From assembly GCA_943789445.1 (NCBI GenBank), contig CALSUC010000001.1, positions 97,912-161,911 on the forward strand: DNA of 64,000 bases. The letters run 5' to 3'. The translations under genes and the position numbers were made by a program. Positions within the stretch are counted from its first letter, which is position 1. Every line of letters begins with the position of its first letter. This DNA comes from an uncultured Gammaproteobacteria bacterium (GTDB lineage Bacteria; Pseudomonadota; Gammaproteobacteria; UBA4575). Positions 29,347-41,762 of the stretch are shown here, piece by piece. The notes under the pieces are model-generated. The model saw only the letters and a program-made list of their open reading frames with translations. It was not told the DNA's origin and made no database searches.

Positions 29347-30289
29347 CTAAAGATTCACCTTGTAAGGAGCGCGAATGGGCAAATTGTGCAGCAGTCATTT
29401 GTTTTTTTCCTGCCGGCACTAATTCCAAGATACGCAAACACTGCTCACCTGTCTGCACCAGTATCCCCTCTGCACCTGCACCTAATATAGTACCCGCCGA
29501 GACCTCACTCTGCTGAGTTCTGACTGACGCGGCAACGGACACTTGAGTAAGACTCAAGCGCTGACTGCCTAGTACGGTGTAGCACCCCGGCCACGGATAA
29601 TAAGCGCGCTGCCGACGTTCAATTTCACTCGCTGGCAAAGCCCAATCGACCAAACCATCTTCCTTTTTCATCTTACCGCAATAGACTGCATCGTCCTCAC
29701 CCTGATCGATCGGTGTTGCGTCTAAGCCGGTGACTCGTTCAATCGCTTGCAGCAGTAAAGGGCCACAGAGAGGTAACAACTTATCGTGTAAGGTTTGGCT
29801 ATTATCAGTAGATGTGATGGCACATGAGCCCATCGCCCAAACAGCACCAGCATCCATACGCTTAACCATTTGCATAATCGAGATACCCGTCTCGTGGTCA
29901 TCTGCCAAGATAGCATGATGAATCGGAGAGGCACCACGCCAACGGGGTAACAGCGAGGCATGGATGTTGATACAGCCATGCCTTGGTAACGTTAACAGAT
30001 CGTTGCTAAATAATTGGCCATAGGCAGCCACTACCATCAGATCAAGATCTAGCGCCTTCAGTTGTGCCAGACTCTCTTCACTATTGATATTAGATGGCTG
30101 CAAAACAGGTAAGCCTAAATCTAGGGCGGCTTGTTTAACCGGACTAAAGCCAAGTTTTTGGCCACGCCCAATGCGTCGATCAGGCTGACTAATAACGGCC
30201 AGTACTTGGTGGCCACTGGCCGCTAGGGCCTGTAGCGCAGGCACCGCAAATTCAGGGGTGCCCGCATAAGCGATACGCATTCCAGGCAT
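29336..30289 (-). CDS. fmt: Methionyl-tRNA formyltransferase
   Basis: AGTPEFA, SQPDR, INIHASLLPRWRGASPI. Confidence 0.97.
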   Translation of the reverse strand: MPGMRIAYAGTPEFAVPALQALAASGHQVLAVISQPDRRIGRGQKLGFSPVKQAALDLGLPVLQPSNINSEESLAQLKALDLDLMVVAAYGQLFSNDLLTLPRHGCINIHASLLPRWRGASPIHHAILADDHETGISIMQMVKRMDAGAVWAMGSCAITSTDNSQTLHDKLLPLCGPLLLQAIERVTGLDATPIDQGEDDAVYCGKMKKEDGLVDWALPASEIERRQRAYYPWPGCYTVLGSQRLSLTQVSVAASVRTQQSEVSAGTILGAGAEGILVQTGEQCLRILELVPAGKKQMTAAQFAHSRSLQGESLGDV

Positions 30290-30315
30290 GTCTTTAGGTT
30301 TTCTCGTTAAAGCAG

Positions 30316-30852
30316 CTAACTCGCACTGCTATGCGAATCGTCACTGGATGGCGATTTACTCGGTGGGTTTTTTTCTAACTTTTTCTTAATGCGCTGTCGC
30401 TTAAGTGGTGATAAATAATCCACGAACAACTTACCATCTAGATGGTCCATTTCATGCTGAATACAGACTGCGAGTAGCTCATCGGCCGCAATCTCTTGTT
30501 TTGTACCAGTTTCATCCAGTGCTTCGACCACAATCCGCTCTGCACGAGTCACATTCTCAAAATAGCCTGGCACGGAAAGACAGCCTTCTTGCATCTCTTC
30601 ACTGCCTTTAAGCGTTCGAATAACGGGGTTAATCAAGCAGATCGGTTCATTTTTCTCGCTGGAGACATCAATAACAATAATTTGTTGCTGAATATCGACC
30701 TGTGTTGCCGCCAAACCAATACCAAGGGCGTCATACATGGTCTCAAACATATCACTGACAATCGCACGCACATCGTCATTCACCGTAACCACTGGCACCG
30801 CCTTCAGGCGCAGGCGTGGATCTGGAAAATGCAAAATATCGAGTAGGGCCAT
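30316..30852 (-). CDS. def: Peptide deformylase
   Basis: [23 protein letters not shown]. Start placed at MALLDIL. Confidence 0.96.
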   Translation of the reverse strand: MALLDILHFPDPRLRLKAVPVVTVNDDVRAIVSDMFETMYDALGIGLAATQVDIQQQIIVIDVSSEKNEPICLINPVIRTLKGSEEMQEGCLSVPGYFENVTRAERIVVEALDETGTKQEIAADELLAVCIQHEMDHLDGKLFVDYLSPLKRQRIKKKLEKNPPSKSPSSDDSHSSAS

Positions 30853-31049
30853 AGTCTTTATAGTCAATGAACGAAACCCCAGTTTAACCCACCTTGCGTA
30901 GTGATTCAGCCTCCTAATCTGCCTTTTACAGCGACTTTAACTCCCTTTAATGCGCACGCTTGCCCGCTGACCAATGTGCGTAAGCGCTATGCGAGCTCAG
31001 CATAGGCACGTTAAATAGACTTTATCTTCTCACCACCCCATGACCGCAG

Positions 31050-32195
31050 ATGAACTTAATTGAAGATTGGCTTTCACTTTCTCATCATAAAGGGCTGAAT
31101 CGGACCTTACTACGCCATATTGTCGAGCATTTCAGTGAATTAGATCGACTCAAAGAGATAAATGATGCACGGTGGCTAGCGACTGGCCTGAATACACAGG
31201 GAGTGAGGCGTATTAAACGCTCTCTTTGCATCGGACCAGACCAAAAACGGCTCAGCGCCGACCTCCATTGGTTAGAAAAAGACGCTACGCACCACCTGAT
31301 CCCAATAAACAGCCGCCAATATCCTAACTTACTGGCTCAAATCGAGGATCCGCCCCTACTTATATATAGTGTCAGCGAAGACCTCGAAAAAAGCCTGCAT
31401 GCACCCACCCTAGCTATCGTTGGTAGCCGTAATGCCAGTCCCTATGGCGCGGAGCTGGCAACTGAGTTTGCTTATCAATTGGCACAGCGCGGGATAAACA
31501 GCATCAGCGGTATGGCGTATGGCGTCGATGCAGCGGCCCATCGCGGTAGTTTATCTTCCAAGTACGCCACTACGACTGCTGTTTTTGGCTGTGGTGTAGA
31601 CCATATCTACCCACGGCAACATACCGCTCTAGCGGCAGAAATCGCACAACAGGGGGCCTTAGTCAGCGAATATTGTTGTGGCACAACACCCCGAAGAGCG
31701 CATTTCCCACAGCGAAACCGGATTATCAGCGGCCTATCCTATGGCACTCTGGTGATTGAGGCCAGCGCTCGCAGTGGCTCCCTTATCACCGCCAAACTGG
31801 CTCTGGAACAGAGTCGAGAGCTATTTGCACTCCCTGGAAACCTACATAATCCATTGACTTGCGGTTGCCATCGCTTGATACAGCAGGGAGCCAAACTGGT
31901 CACCTGTATCGATGATATCGTCGACGAGATCGCCTGTTTTAACACGCTACAACTACCTCATATCACCCCACAGATGAGACCCAGTATTCAAGACAGCAAG
32001 CAACGAACGCTGTTAGCCTGGCTAAAATCATTACCCTTAACTATTGATGTCGTTGCCGAAAAAAGTGGATTGACCACAGAACAAGTTTGCTCCATGCTCT
32101 CGACATTAGAATTAAGCGGGCAAGTTACTCGCGACAGAAGTGGTCGTTATCACGCTGTAGCAACGGAAAAAATCCATGAAAGAAAACGTACTTGA
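31050..32195 (+). CDS. dprA: DNA-processing protein DprA
   Basis: AIVGSRNAS, SGMAYGVDAAAH, FPQRNRIISG, SGSLITA. Confidence 0.95.
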   Translation: MNLIEDWLSLSHHKGLNRTLLRHIVEHFSELDRLKEINDARWLATGLNTQGVRRIKRSLCIGPDQKRLSADLHWLEKDATHHLIPINSRQYPNLLAQIEDPPLLIYSVSEDLEKSLHAPTLAIVGSRNASPYGAELATEFAYQLAQRGINSISGMAYGVDAAAHRGSLSSKYATTTAVFGCGVDHIYPRQHTALAAEIAQQGALVSEYCCGTTPRRAHFPQRNRIISGLSYGTLVIEASARSGSLITAKLALEQSRELFALPGNLHNPLTCGCHRLIQQGAKLVTCIDDIVDEIACFNTLQLPHITPQMRPSIQDSKQRTLLAWLKSLPLTIDVVAEKSGLTTEQVCSMLSTLELSGQVTRDRSGRYHAVATEKIHERKRT

Positions 32196-32652
32196 TGTTT
32201 TAACTTACATGTTTGAAAGCTACTTCTATGACGAAATTGACACCTTATTCAACCGTGAATCGATGTTAGAGGAGTTAGTTGAAGTTGGTTTTGATCACCA
32301 CGATGTTAAACACGCCTTTGATTGGCTTGCTGATCTTCCTAGTTCCCATGAAGATCTCGCCCTAACTTCGCCTACTCATCAGACCACCCGCATCTTTGAT
32401 GCCAGCGAGCACGAAAAGCTGGATAGTAAATGCCGCGGTTACCTGTTGAAGCTAGAGCAAATGGGCATATTTACACCAGCCAGCCGTGAACTTGTGATCG
32501 ATCGAGTAATGGCCTTAGAGGCCGATGAAATTACTATTGAACAATTACGCTGGGTTAGTTTAATTGTGCTCTACAATTTAGCTAACTCTGACATTCCATA
32601 TAGCTGGTTAGAAGATATCGTTATGGATTTATCCTCATCGCATATCCACTAA
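32176..32652 (+). CDS. smg: Smg (DUF494) protein
   Basis: VLDVLTYMFE, RELVIDRVMAL; dprA-smg-topA synteny. Confidence 0.9.
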   Translation: MKENVLDVLTYMFESYFYDEIDTLFNRESMLEELVEVGFDHHDVKHAFDWLADLPSSHEDLALTSPTHQTTRIFDASEHEKLDSKCRGYLLKLEQMGIFTPASRELVIDRVMALEADEITIEQLRWVSLIVLYNLANSDIPYSWLEDIVMDLSSSHIH

Positions 32653-32708
32653 CCGCGTTTTCGTCTACTTTTGCTATGACGAATTTACAGGCCCTGCGCT
32701 AAATCATC

Positions 32709-35169
32709 ATGAGTAAAAATCTCGTTATTGTTGAGTCTCCCGCGAAAGCGAAGACTATTGAAAAATACCTAGGTAAAGATTTTCACGTATTAGCTTCCTA
32801 TGGTCACGTACGTGACCTGGTGCCGAAAGAAGGTGCTGTGGATCCTGATAACGGCTTTGCCATGAAATACGAGCTCATTGAGCGCAATGAAAAACACGTC
32901 CAGAATATTACCAAGGCATTAAAAAAAGCAGACACTCTATTTCTCGCGACTGACCCGGATCGCGAGGGAGAAGCGATTTCTTGGCATCTATATGAACTAC
33001 TCCGTGAAAAAGGCCTGCTGAAAGAAAAACAGGTTCACCGTGTAGTCTTCTACGAGATCACCAAGACCGCTGTACAACAAGCGATTGCCTCACCACGTGA
33101 GCTTGCAACTGATCTTGTCAGTGCACAACAAGCTCGACGCGCGTTGGATTACTTAGTTGGCTTTAATCTATCGCCTTTACTTTGGAAGAAGATTAAACGC
33201 GGACTATCGGCAGGCCGCGTACAAAGTCCGGCACTACGTCTATTGTGTGAGCGCGAAGATGAAATCGAGAAATTCATCGCACAAGAGTATTGGACGATTG
33301 AAGCGGACTGCCAGAAAGAAACACAGCCCTTCGTTGCTAAACTAACCCATTATAATGAGAACAAACTCAGCCAGTTTGATATTAATAATGCAGAACAAGC
33401 CCAACTTGCACACAGCACACTAACAACAGCTGCTAATGGTGAGTTATTAGTCGATAAGGTTGATCGCAAAGAACGCCGTCGTAATCCATCAGCACCTTTT
33501 ATTACCTCGACCATGCAGCAAGAAGCAATTCGAAAATTAGGCTTTTCGGCGCAACGTTGTATGCGTGTTGCCCAGCAATTGTATGAAGGCATTGATTTAG
33601 GTTCCGGTCCCGTCGGCCTGATCACTTATATGCGTACCGACTCAATTGCATTAGCTTCAGAGGCCGTCACTGAGATTCGCAGTCTGATCGCCCAACGCTA
33701 TGGCAAAGAATCTGTGCCGGAGAAGCCTCCGGTCTACAAGACCAAATCAAAGAATGCACAGGAAGCGCACGAAGCGATTCGTCCAACATCGATACTGCAT
33801 ATTCCTCAAGAAATTAAGGCGCATCTGGACGACAGCCAGTACAAGCTATACAGACTGATCTGGAATCGAACAATTGCCAGCCAGATGATTCATGCAACTC
33901 TAAACATGGTTGCCATCGATCTAAAATGTGGTGATAAAAATACCTTCCGTGCAAATGGATCATCGATTAAGACAGCCGGCTTTATGGCCGTTTATCAGGA
34001 AGGCAAAGATGACAGCTCTGCCGAACCTAGTGATGAGCGACTACTACCGAACATGGAAGTTGGCGATAAAATTAAACTCGCTGAGATTCGTACTGAACAG
34101 CACTTCACTGAGCCACCACCAAGATTCACTGAGGCTAGTTTAGTTAAATCTTTGGAAGACCATGGTATCGGTCGACCATCGACCTATGCCTCTATCATCT
34201 CAACTATTCAAAACCGTGAATACGCAGAGATTGAGAGCCGTCGTTTCTTCCCAACCGATATCGGTCGCTTAGTTACCCGTTTCTTAACCAAGCATTTCAC
34301 ACAGTATGTAGATTATGATTTCACCGCACGTCTTGAAGACGAGCTGGACGAAATCTCACGAGGTGAAAAAAGTTTAGTGCCTGTGATGGAGGCCTTCTGG
34401 CATCCATTTGATGAACTGGTACGTGATAAAGAAGTATCGGTCACACGTGAAGAGGCCATAGAAGCCCGTGATCTAGGCATGCACCCAAAATTGAATAAAC
34501 CGGTCAGTGTGCGTATGGGTCGGTATGGACCTTTCGTACAGGTAGGCACGAAGGATGATGAAGACAAGCCACTGTTTGCGGGCTTACGCCCTGGACAGAA
34601 AATGGATCAGATGGATCTAGAGCAGGCGCTGGAACTATTTAAATTGCCACGAGATTTAGGCGAAACAGCTGAAGGTGAAAAAGTCACCACCAGCATTGGC
34701 CGCTTTGGCCCTTATGTGAAGTACGGCAGCAAGTACGTCTCAATTCGTGGTGAAGACCCCTATGTGATTGAACTCGAAAAGGCGCTTGAATTTATTGCCA
34801 AGAAAAAAGAAGAAGACGCCAATAAACTCATCCAAGATTTTCCTGATGATGGCATCCAAGTATTGAATGGTCGCTATGGCCCTTATATTACTGATGGCTC
34901 GAAAAACGCAAAGATACCAAAAGACGTAGAACCTGCAAGCCTGACCCTAGAGCAGTGCAAAGAAATGATCGCCAGTGCACCAGTGCGCAAAGGACGAGGC
35001 GGCCCGAAGAAGAAAGCAGCTCCTAAGAAGAAGGCAGCCCCGAAGAAGAAGAGCAGCCCCGAAGAAGAAGGCAGCCCCGAAGAAGAAGGCAGCCCCGAAG
35101 AAGAAGGCAGCCCCGAAGAAGAAAGCAGCTCCTAAGAAGAAGGCAGCCCCGAAGAAGGATACTGAGTAG
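32709..35169 (+). CDS. topA: DNA topoisomerase I (one extra base at ~35052 shifts the C-terminal tail)
   Basis: IVESPAKAKTI, ATDPDREGEAI, SAGRVQS, LITYMRTDS and three GR(Y/F)GP(F/Y) C-terminal repeats. As written it stops at 35135; corrected it is 819 aa ending KKDTE at 35169. Confidence 0.95.
35004..35157 (+). repeat. 18-bp coding tandem repeat (gcagccccgaagaagaag), 8 units, AAPKKK
   Basis: Directly visible. Variants are gcagctcct and terminal aaa/aag. Confidence 0.95.
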
Positions 35170-35175
35170 CGGCTG

Positions 35176-35712
35176 ATGTCCTCACTACGCATGGCTATCT
35201 CAGTGTTGCGCGCCGGCGGGATCATTGCGCACCATAGCGACACCGTGCTGGGCTTGGCCTGCTTACCACACGCTGCCAGTTTGGTGCGCTTATCACGCAT
35301 TAAAATGCGGCCCCAAAACAAACCGTTCTTATTACTGGCAGATTCGCTCACGCAACTAGGTGACTTTGTTGCAGAGGATCCCACCTTAGAGTCTGCACTG
35401 ACCGCACACCCAACACCGACCACCTGTTTAATTCAAGCCAGCGCTACTTGTCCAGCTGCCTTAATTGGTCCTAGCCAGCAGGTTGCAGTACGCTTAAGTC
35501 AGCACCCAAATATCACCACTTTGTCTCAGGCCGTTGGCGCATTGGCCTCAACCAGTGCTAATCTCAATGGACAGGATACGGCTTTGAATTTTGTCGAATT
35601 ACGCAAACAGTTTGGCCCAGAGTTAGACTATCTTTACGACAGCGGCAACAGTGGCAGCGGCACGAGCAGCCGCATCGTTGATCTAAAAACACAACAAATT
35701 TTACGTGCATAG
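35176..35712 (+). CDS. tsaC: Threonylcarbamoyl-AMP synthase (YrdC/Sua5 family)
   Basis: SDTVLGLAC, KMRPQNKP, VAVR, STSAN; follows topA. Confidence 0.85.
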   Translation: MSSLRMAISVLRAGGIIAHHSDTVLGLACLPHAASLVRLSRIKMRPQNKPFLLLADSLTQLGDFVAEDPTLESALTAHPTPTTCLIQASATCPAALIGPSQQVAVRLSQHPNITTLSQAVGALASTSANLNGQDTALNFVELRKQFGPELDYLYDSGNSGSGTSSRIVDLKTQQILRA

Positions 35713-35721
35713 GTACGAGAT

Positions 35722-37651
<1,930 letters not shown>

Positions 37652-37664
37652 ATAGGGCCTAAGC

Positions 37665-38477
37665 ATGCAACGATTCGCGGTCATCGGTAATCCGATTGAA
37701 CACAGTAAGTCACCTCAGATTCATGCCGCCTTTGCTGCACAAGAAGAGGTCATGATTGACTATCAGCGTGTATTAGCCGATAGCGATCACTTCATTAGCA
37801 CGGTCAATCAACTACAAGAGCAGGGATTGGTTGGACTGAATGTCACCGTACCCTTCAAGGTTTTAGCACACGCCAACTGCGCTGAACTAAACTCCTATGC
37901 CAAGGCCGCTGGTGCGGTTAACACTCTCTCATTCAAACAGGGTGTCTGGCAGGGCGCGAATACCGATGGTATTGGTTTACTCCGTGATCTTGAAAAGAAT
38001 CTAGGTCTAGCCTTATCGGGACAACGTGTATTGATCATCGGCGCTGGTGGCGCTACTCGCGGTATTGTCTTGCCTTTAATTGAAGCGGGTATCAGTGAAC
38101 TGTGTATTGCTAATCGCAGCCTGCCACGAGCTGAAGCACTAGCCACACTGTTTTCTCATCACCCCCAGATCACTGCCTGCGTCTTAGATGACATCAAACA
38201 GGAAAGTTACGATCTAGTTATCAATGCCACTTCTGCCAGCCTCAATAATGAAGTGCCCGCAATTCCAGCGGCTGTAATTAGTAGCAACACATTCTGTTAT
38301 GACCTAGCCTATGCCGATCATGACACAGCCTTTATGCGCTGGGCTAAAACCCTGCAGGCACAGGGTTGTTGTGATGGTCTAGGTATGTTGCTGGAACAAG
38401 CAGCAGAGTCCTATTTTATTTGGCGTGGCTTTCGTCCAAACACGGCCGCTTTATTTCCCCTGTTACGGCCAGCTTAA
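37665..38477 (+). CDS. aroE: Shikimate dehydrogenase
   Basis: GNPIEHSKSP, NVTVPFK, GAVNT, NTDG, GAGGA. Confidence 0.96.
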   Translation: MQRFAVIGNPIEHSKSPQIHAAFAAQEEVMIDYQRVLADSDHFISTVNQLQEQGLVGLNVTVPFKVLAHANCAELNSYAKAAGAVNTLSFKQGVWQGANTDGIGLLRDLEKNLGLALSGQRVLIIGAGGATRGIVLPLIEAGISELCIANRSLPRAEALATLFSHHPQITACVLDDIKQESYDLVINATSASLNNEVPAIPAAVISSNTFCYDLAYADHDTAFMRWAKTLQAQGCCDGLGMLLEQAAESYFIWRGFRPNTAALFPLLRPA

Positions 38478-38485
38478 TTATCTAA

Positions 38486-39013
38486 TCAGGCATCTTCATG
38501 CATCTGCTTCACTTTGACGTAGTGTTCCGCAGAGTAGCTTAGATATTTCAATTCGCTATCAGTCAATTTACGCACAGGTTTTGCCGGTCGTCCCAACCAT
38601 AAATAACCTCCTTCCAGTTCTTTACCACTAGGCACTAAAGAACCTGCACCAACCATCGCATTAGAGTGCACCACGGCATCATCAAGCACCACAGAGCCAA
38701 TGCCAATAAGACAAGTGTCATGCAAGGTACAGGCATGCAGCACCACTGAATGACCCACAGTCACATCGTTACCAATACGTAGACAGGCCCCTTCACTGTA
38801 TTCACCCTTATGGCTGACATGTAATACCGAGCCATCTTGAATATTGCTACGCTCACCAATTGTAATAGTATTAATGTCGCCACGGATCACCGTCATTGGC
38901 CAGACTGAGCTATCCTTAGCAATACTGACTTGCCCAATAACCAAGGCAGTCTCATCGACATAGGCGGTTTCGTCTATTTGTGGTTGATGTGTTTGAAAGG
39001 CCCTAATAGTCAT
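38486..39013 (-). CDS. Gamma carbonic anhydrase family protein (YrdA-like)
   Basis: Hexapeptide repeats; RGDIN, SNIQDGSVLH, VTVGHSVVLHAC. Start placed at MTIRAF. Confidence 0.9.
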   Translation of the reverse strand: MTIRAFQTHQPQIDETAYVDETALVIGQVSIAKDSSVWPMTVIRGDINTITIGERSNIQDGSVLHVSHKGEYSEGACLRIGNDVTVGHSVVLHACTLHDTCLIGIGSVVLDDAVVHSNAMVGAGSLVPSGKELEGGYLWLGRPAKPVRKLTDSELKYLSYSAEHYVKVKQMHEDA

Positions 39014-39099
39014 AATGCATCCAGTGTTAATATTCTTGAAAGTCGGCAAGCTGAAATGTGAATGGTTCAGCATTTAAAAAATAATAGGCTAAAGTATAA

Positions 39100-39978
39100 G
39101 TGAAGAAACACTACCAGATAAAACTTAATCTCTACGCTGAATTAATCCGGCTAGATAAACCCATTGGCATTTATTTATTACTTTGGCCAACCTTATGGGC
39201 TTTATTTCTTGCAGCTGATGGCCTGCCGCCACTGGATATTAGTCTGGTCTTTATCATTGGTGTGGTTTTAATGCGCTCTGCAGGCTGTGCGATTAATGAT
39301 TTTGCCGATCGCAAGATTGACCCACATGTCGCACGCACTGCACAACGCCCCATTGCCAGTGGCCGCATCAGCGCAAGAGAAGCACTGGGCGTATTCGGCG
39401 CACTCAGCCTAGTGGCATTTGCTCTCGCCTTACTGGTCTTAAACGATTTAAGTATACAAATGGCTTGGGTGGCTTTGGCCTTAGCTGCCAGTTATCCATT
39501 CATGAAGCGTTATCATTTTCTACCGCAGGTTCATCTAGGTCTGGCCTTCGCCTGGGCGATTCCAATGGCGGTGGCTGCTATCAGTAATACTTTTCCAAGT
39601 AGCTGGGCCTGGCTTTTATTTCTTGCCACTGTCCTCTGGACCACCACTTATGACACGATCTACGCGATTATGGATCGTCAAGATGATATTAAGATTGGTG
39701 TGCGATCAACCGCGATCTTATTTGGCTCAGCCGATCGTCTAATCATCGCATTACTGCAGATACTGACACTACTCAGCCTAATCGCCGTGGGTCTGCAGCT
39801 TGATCTACGCTATTGGTACTTTGTTTCATTAACCCTTGTCGGTTGCTTGTTTTTTTATCAGCAGTTTTTAATCGCTGAATATGAGCCGCAGGCCTGCTTA
39901 CGTGCCTTTCAGAATAATCATTATGTCGGCCTATGTGTCTTTCTTGGCATTCTTATGAGCGATTGGTTGCCAATCTAG
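39100..39978 (+). CDS. ubiA: 4-hydroxybenzoate octaprenyltransferase
   Basis: RLDKPIG, MRSAGCAINDFADR, YDTIYAIMDRQDD. Confidence 0.96.
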   Translation: MKKHYQIKLNLYAELIRLDKPIGIYLLLWPTLWALFLAADGLPPLDISLVFIIGVVLMRSAGCAINDFADRKIDPHVARTAQRPIASGRISAREALGVFGALSLVAFALALLVLNDLSIQMAWVALALAASYPFMKRYHFLPQVHLGLAFAWAIPMAVAAISNTFPSSWAWLLFLATVLWTTTYDTIYAIMDRQDDIKIGVRSTAILFGSADRLIIALLQILTLLSLIAVGLQLDLRYWYFVSLTLVGCLFFYQQFLIAEYEPQACLRAFQNNHYVGLCVFLGILMSDWLPI

Positions 39979-40693
39979 TCCGCGCCAAAGACCAGACCCA
40001 GACCTGCTGCACGCCGGCGGCCTTCAAACAGCGACTAATCTCTTGTACGGTCGCGGCGCTGGTGACGACATCATCGAATAAATTCACTACCGGATAGTCA
40101 CAGGGGTGATTGAGAACAAAGGCATCGTGCACATTGTGGCGACGTTCACTATGATTCAATGTCACCTGTTTTTGTGTATTCCGCTGGCGTCGGAGGAGCT
40201 TATAATCACAATGGATCGGATACCGCCGCGCCAATGCCCGTAAGTACTCATGATTGGGATTAAAACCTCGTTGGCGGATACGTGCGGCATGACAGGGCAC
40301 CGGTATAAAAACGCTATTTTCATCTATCTCCGGCGAACAAGCTTCGAATAACCGCATTAATGTCGGTATATAGTGCAAATCAGCTGAGTACTTCAAGGCT
40401 GTTATAAGCTTACGAGGGATACCCTCATACCAATACGCTGCGAACAAACCATCAAAAGCTGGCGCATGCTGCAGACAACGACCACAACTAGCCGCTGTTT
40501 CCGTGCTGGTTAAAGGCAGACCACAACGCCTACAGCACTTATCACAACGCGGCATTACCCTGAGACAATCGGCACATAACTGAATACCACCGTAGGCCAT
40601 ACGGCTACAGGCCAAGCAACGTTGAGGAAAAAAGAAGTCCTGTAATGCTGCCAAGCCTGTGATCACTGATTTCTTCTGAGTTATTTTCCACAT
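39953..40693 (-). CDS. comF: ComF family competence / amidophosphoribosyltransferase-like protein
   Basis: N-terminal CxxC pairs, RGFN, DDVVTSAAT; divergent from bioB. Confidence 0.88.
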   Translation of the reverse strand: MWKITQKKSVITGLAALQDFFFPQRCLACSRMAYGGIQLCADCLRVMPRCDKCCRRCGLPLTSTETAASCGRCLQHAPAFDGLFAAYWYEGIPRKLITALKYSADLHYIPTLMRLFEACSPEIDENSVFIPVPCHAARIRQRGFNPNHEYLRALARRYPIHCDYKLLRRQRNTQKQVTLNHSERRHNVHDAFVLNHPCDYPVVNLFDDVVTSAATVQEISRCLKAAGVQQVWVWSLARTRLATNRS

Positions 40694-40699
40694 TAGAAT

Positions 40700-40727
40700 T
40701 TGACAAGCACCGGGCGCACGCTAGACT
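40700..40727 (+). promoter_or_regulatory. Candidate sigma-70 promoter for bioBF
   Basis: TTGACA-16 bp-TAGACT. Confidence 0.55.
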
Positions 40728-40787
40728 CAATACCTCATGCGACTTGAATCGCAACGTGCCTGTTTTTCACCTAACGACCGTACCTCT

Positions 40788-41744
40788 ATGACTGCAAAGA
40801 ACACTTGGGATTTAACATCCGCTCTTGAAATTTACTCTCGCCCCTTCAATGATTTATTGTTCGAGGCCCAGAGCGTGCATCGCATTCACCATAATGCGAA
40901 TACGATCCAAGCTAGCACGCTGCTCTCGATCAAGACAGGTGCCTGCCCTGAAGATTGTGCGTATTGCCCACAAAGCGCACGCTATGACACTGGATTAGAG
41001 CGTGAGAAATTACTGCCTATAGAAGAAGTAAGAGAGGCCGCAAAGGCGGCAAAAGAGTTAGGTGCTACGCGTTTTTGTATGGGTGCTGCTTGGCGCAACC
41101 CAACTGACAAGAATCTCGAAAGCGTGATCGAGATGATTAAGGTCGTACAAGAAGAAAAGTTAGAGACCTGCGTCACTCTAGGCATGTTGAGTGACGCACA
41201 GTCAAAACGACTGGCCAGCATTGGCTTGGATTATTACAATCACAATCTCGATACCTCGCCTGAATTTTATGGCGAGATCATTACCACACGTGACTACCAA
41301 GATCGCATCGACACCCTAGAGCATGTACGCCAAGCGGGTATCAATGTCTGTTCGGGTGGCATCTTAGGTTTAGGCGAGAGCCGTGAACAACGTGTCGGCT
41401 TATTGATACAACTCGCGAACATGAATCCAGTCCCAGAATCAGTGCCCATTAATCTCTTAGTACAAGTTGAAGGCACGCCTTTATTTGGAACCGACGAGCT
41501 AGACCCATTTGAATTCGTACGCACGATTGCCACCGCACGCATCATCATGCCAAGCACCTATGTTCGCTTGTCGGCGGGTCGTGAAGATATGGATGAATCG
41601 TTACAGGCACTCTGTTTCTTTGCCGGTGCCAACTCAATTTTCTATGGTGAGAAATTACTCACCACCTCAAACCCAAGCTATCAGCAAGACATGCGTTTAC
41701 TTGAACGTTTAGGTATTAGCATAGAGGGCGCGGGCGGCCATTAA
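40788..41744 (+). CDS. bioB: Biotin synthase
   Basis: [11 protein letters not shown] radical-SAM motif, YNHNLDT, VRLSAGR. The start is either 40737 or 40788. Confidence 0.96.
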   Translation: MTAKNTWDLTSALEIYSRPFNDLLFEAQSVHRIHHNANTIQASTLLSIKTGACPEDCAYCPQSARYDTGLEREKLLPIEEVREAAKAAKELGATRFCMGAAWRNPTDKNLESVIEMIKVVQEEKLETCVTLGMLSDAQSKRLASIGLDYYNHNLDTSPEFYGEIITTRDYQDRIDTLEHVRQAGINVCSGGILGLGESREQRVGLLIQLANMNPVPESVPINLLVQVEGTPLFGTDELDPFEFVRTIATARIIMPSTYVRLSAGREDMDESLQALCFFAGANSIFYGEKLLTTSNPSYQQDMRLLERLGISIEGAGGH

Positions 41745-41762
41745 GCTGTCGGCATATGCCTT

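Noticed and set aside
35004-35157. CRISPR-like array
   Set aside because: Contiguous 18-bp coding units with no spacers and no cas genes.
34947-35423. Minus-strand ORF with FFGAAF repeats
   Set aside because: Antisense shadow of the topA AAPKKK repeat and tsaC.
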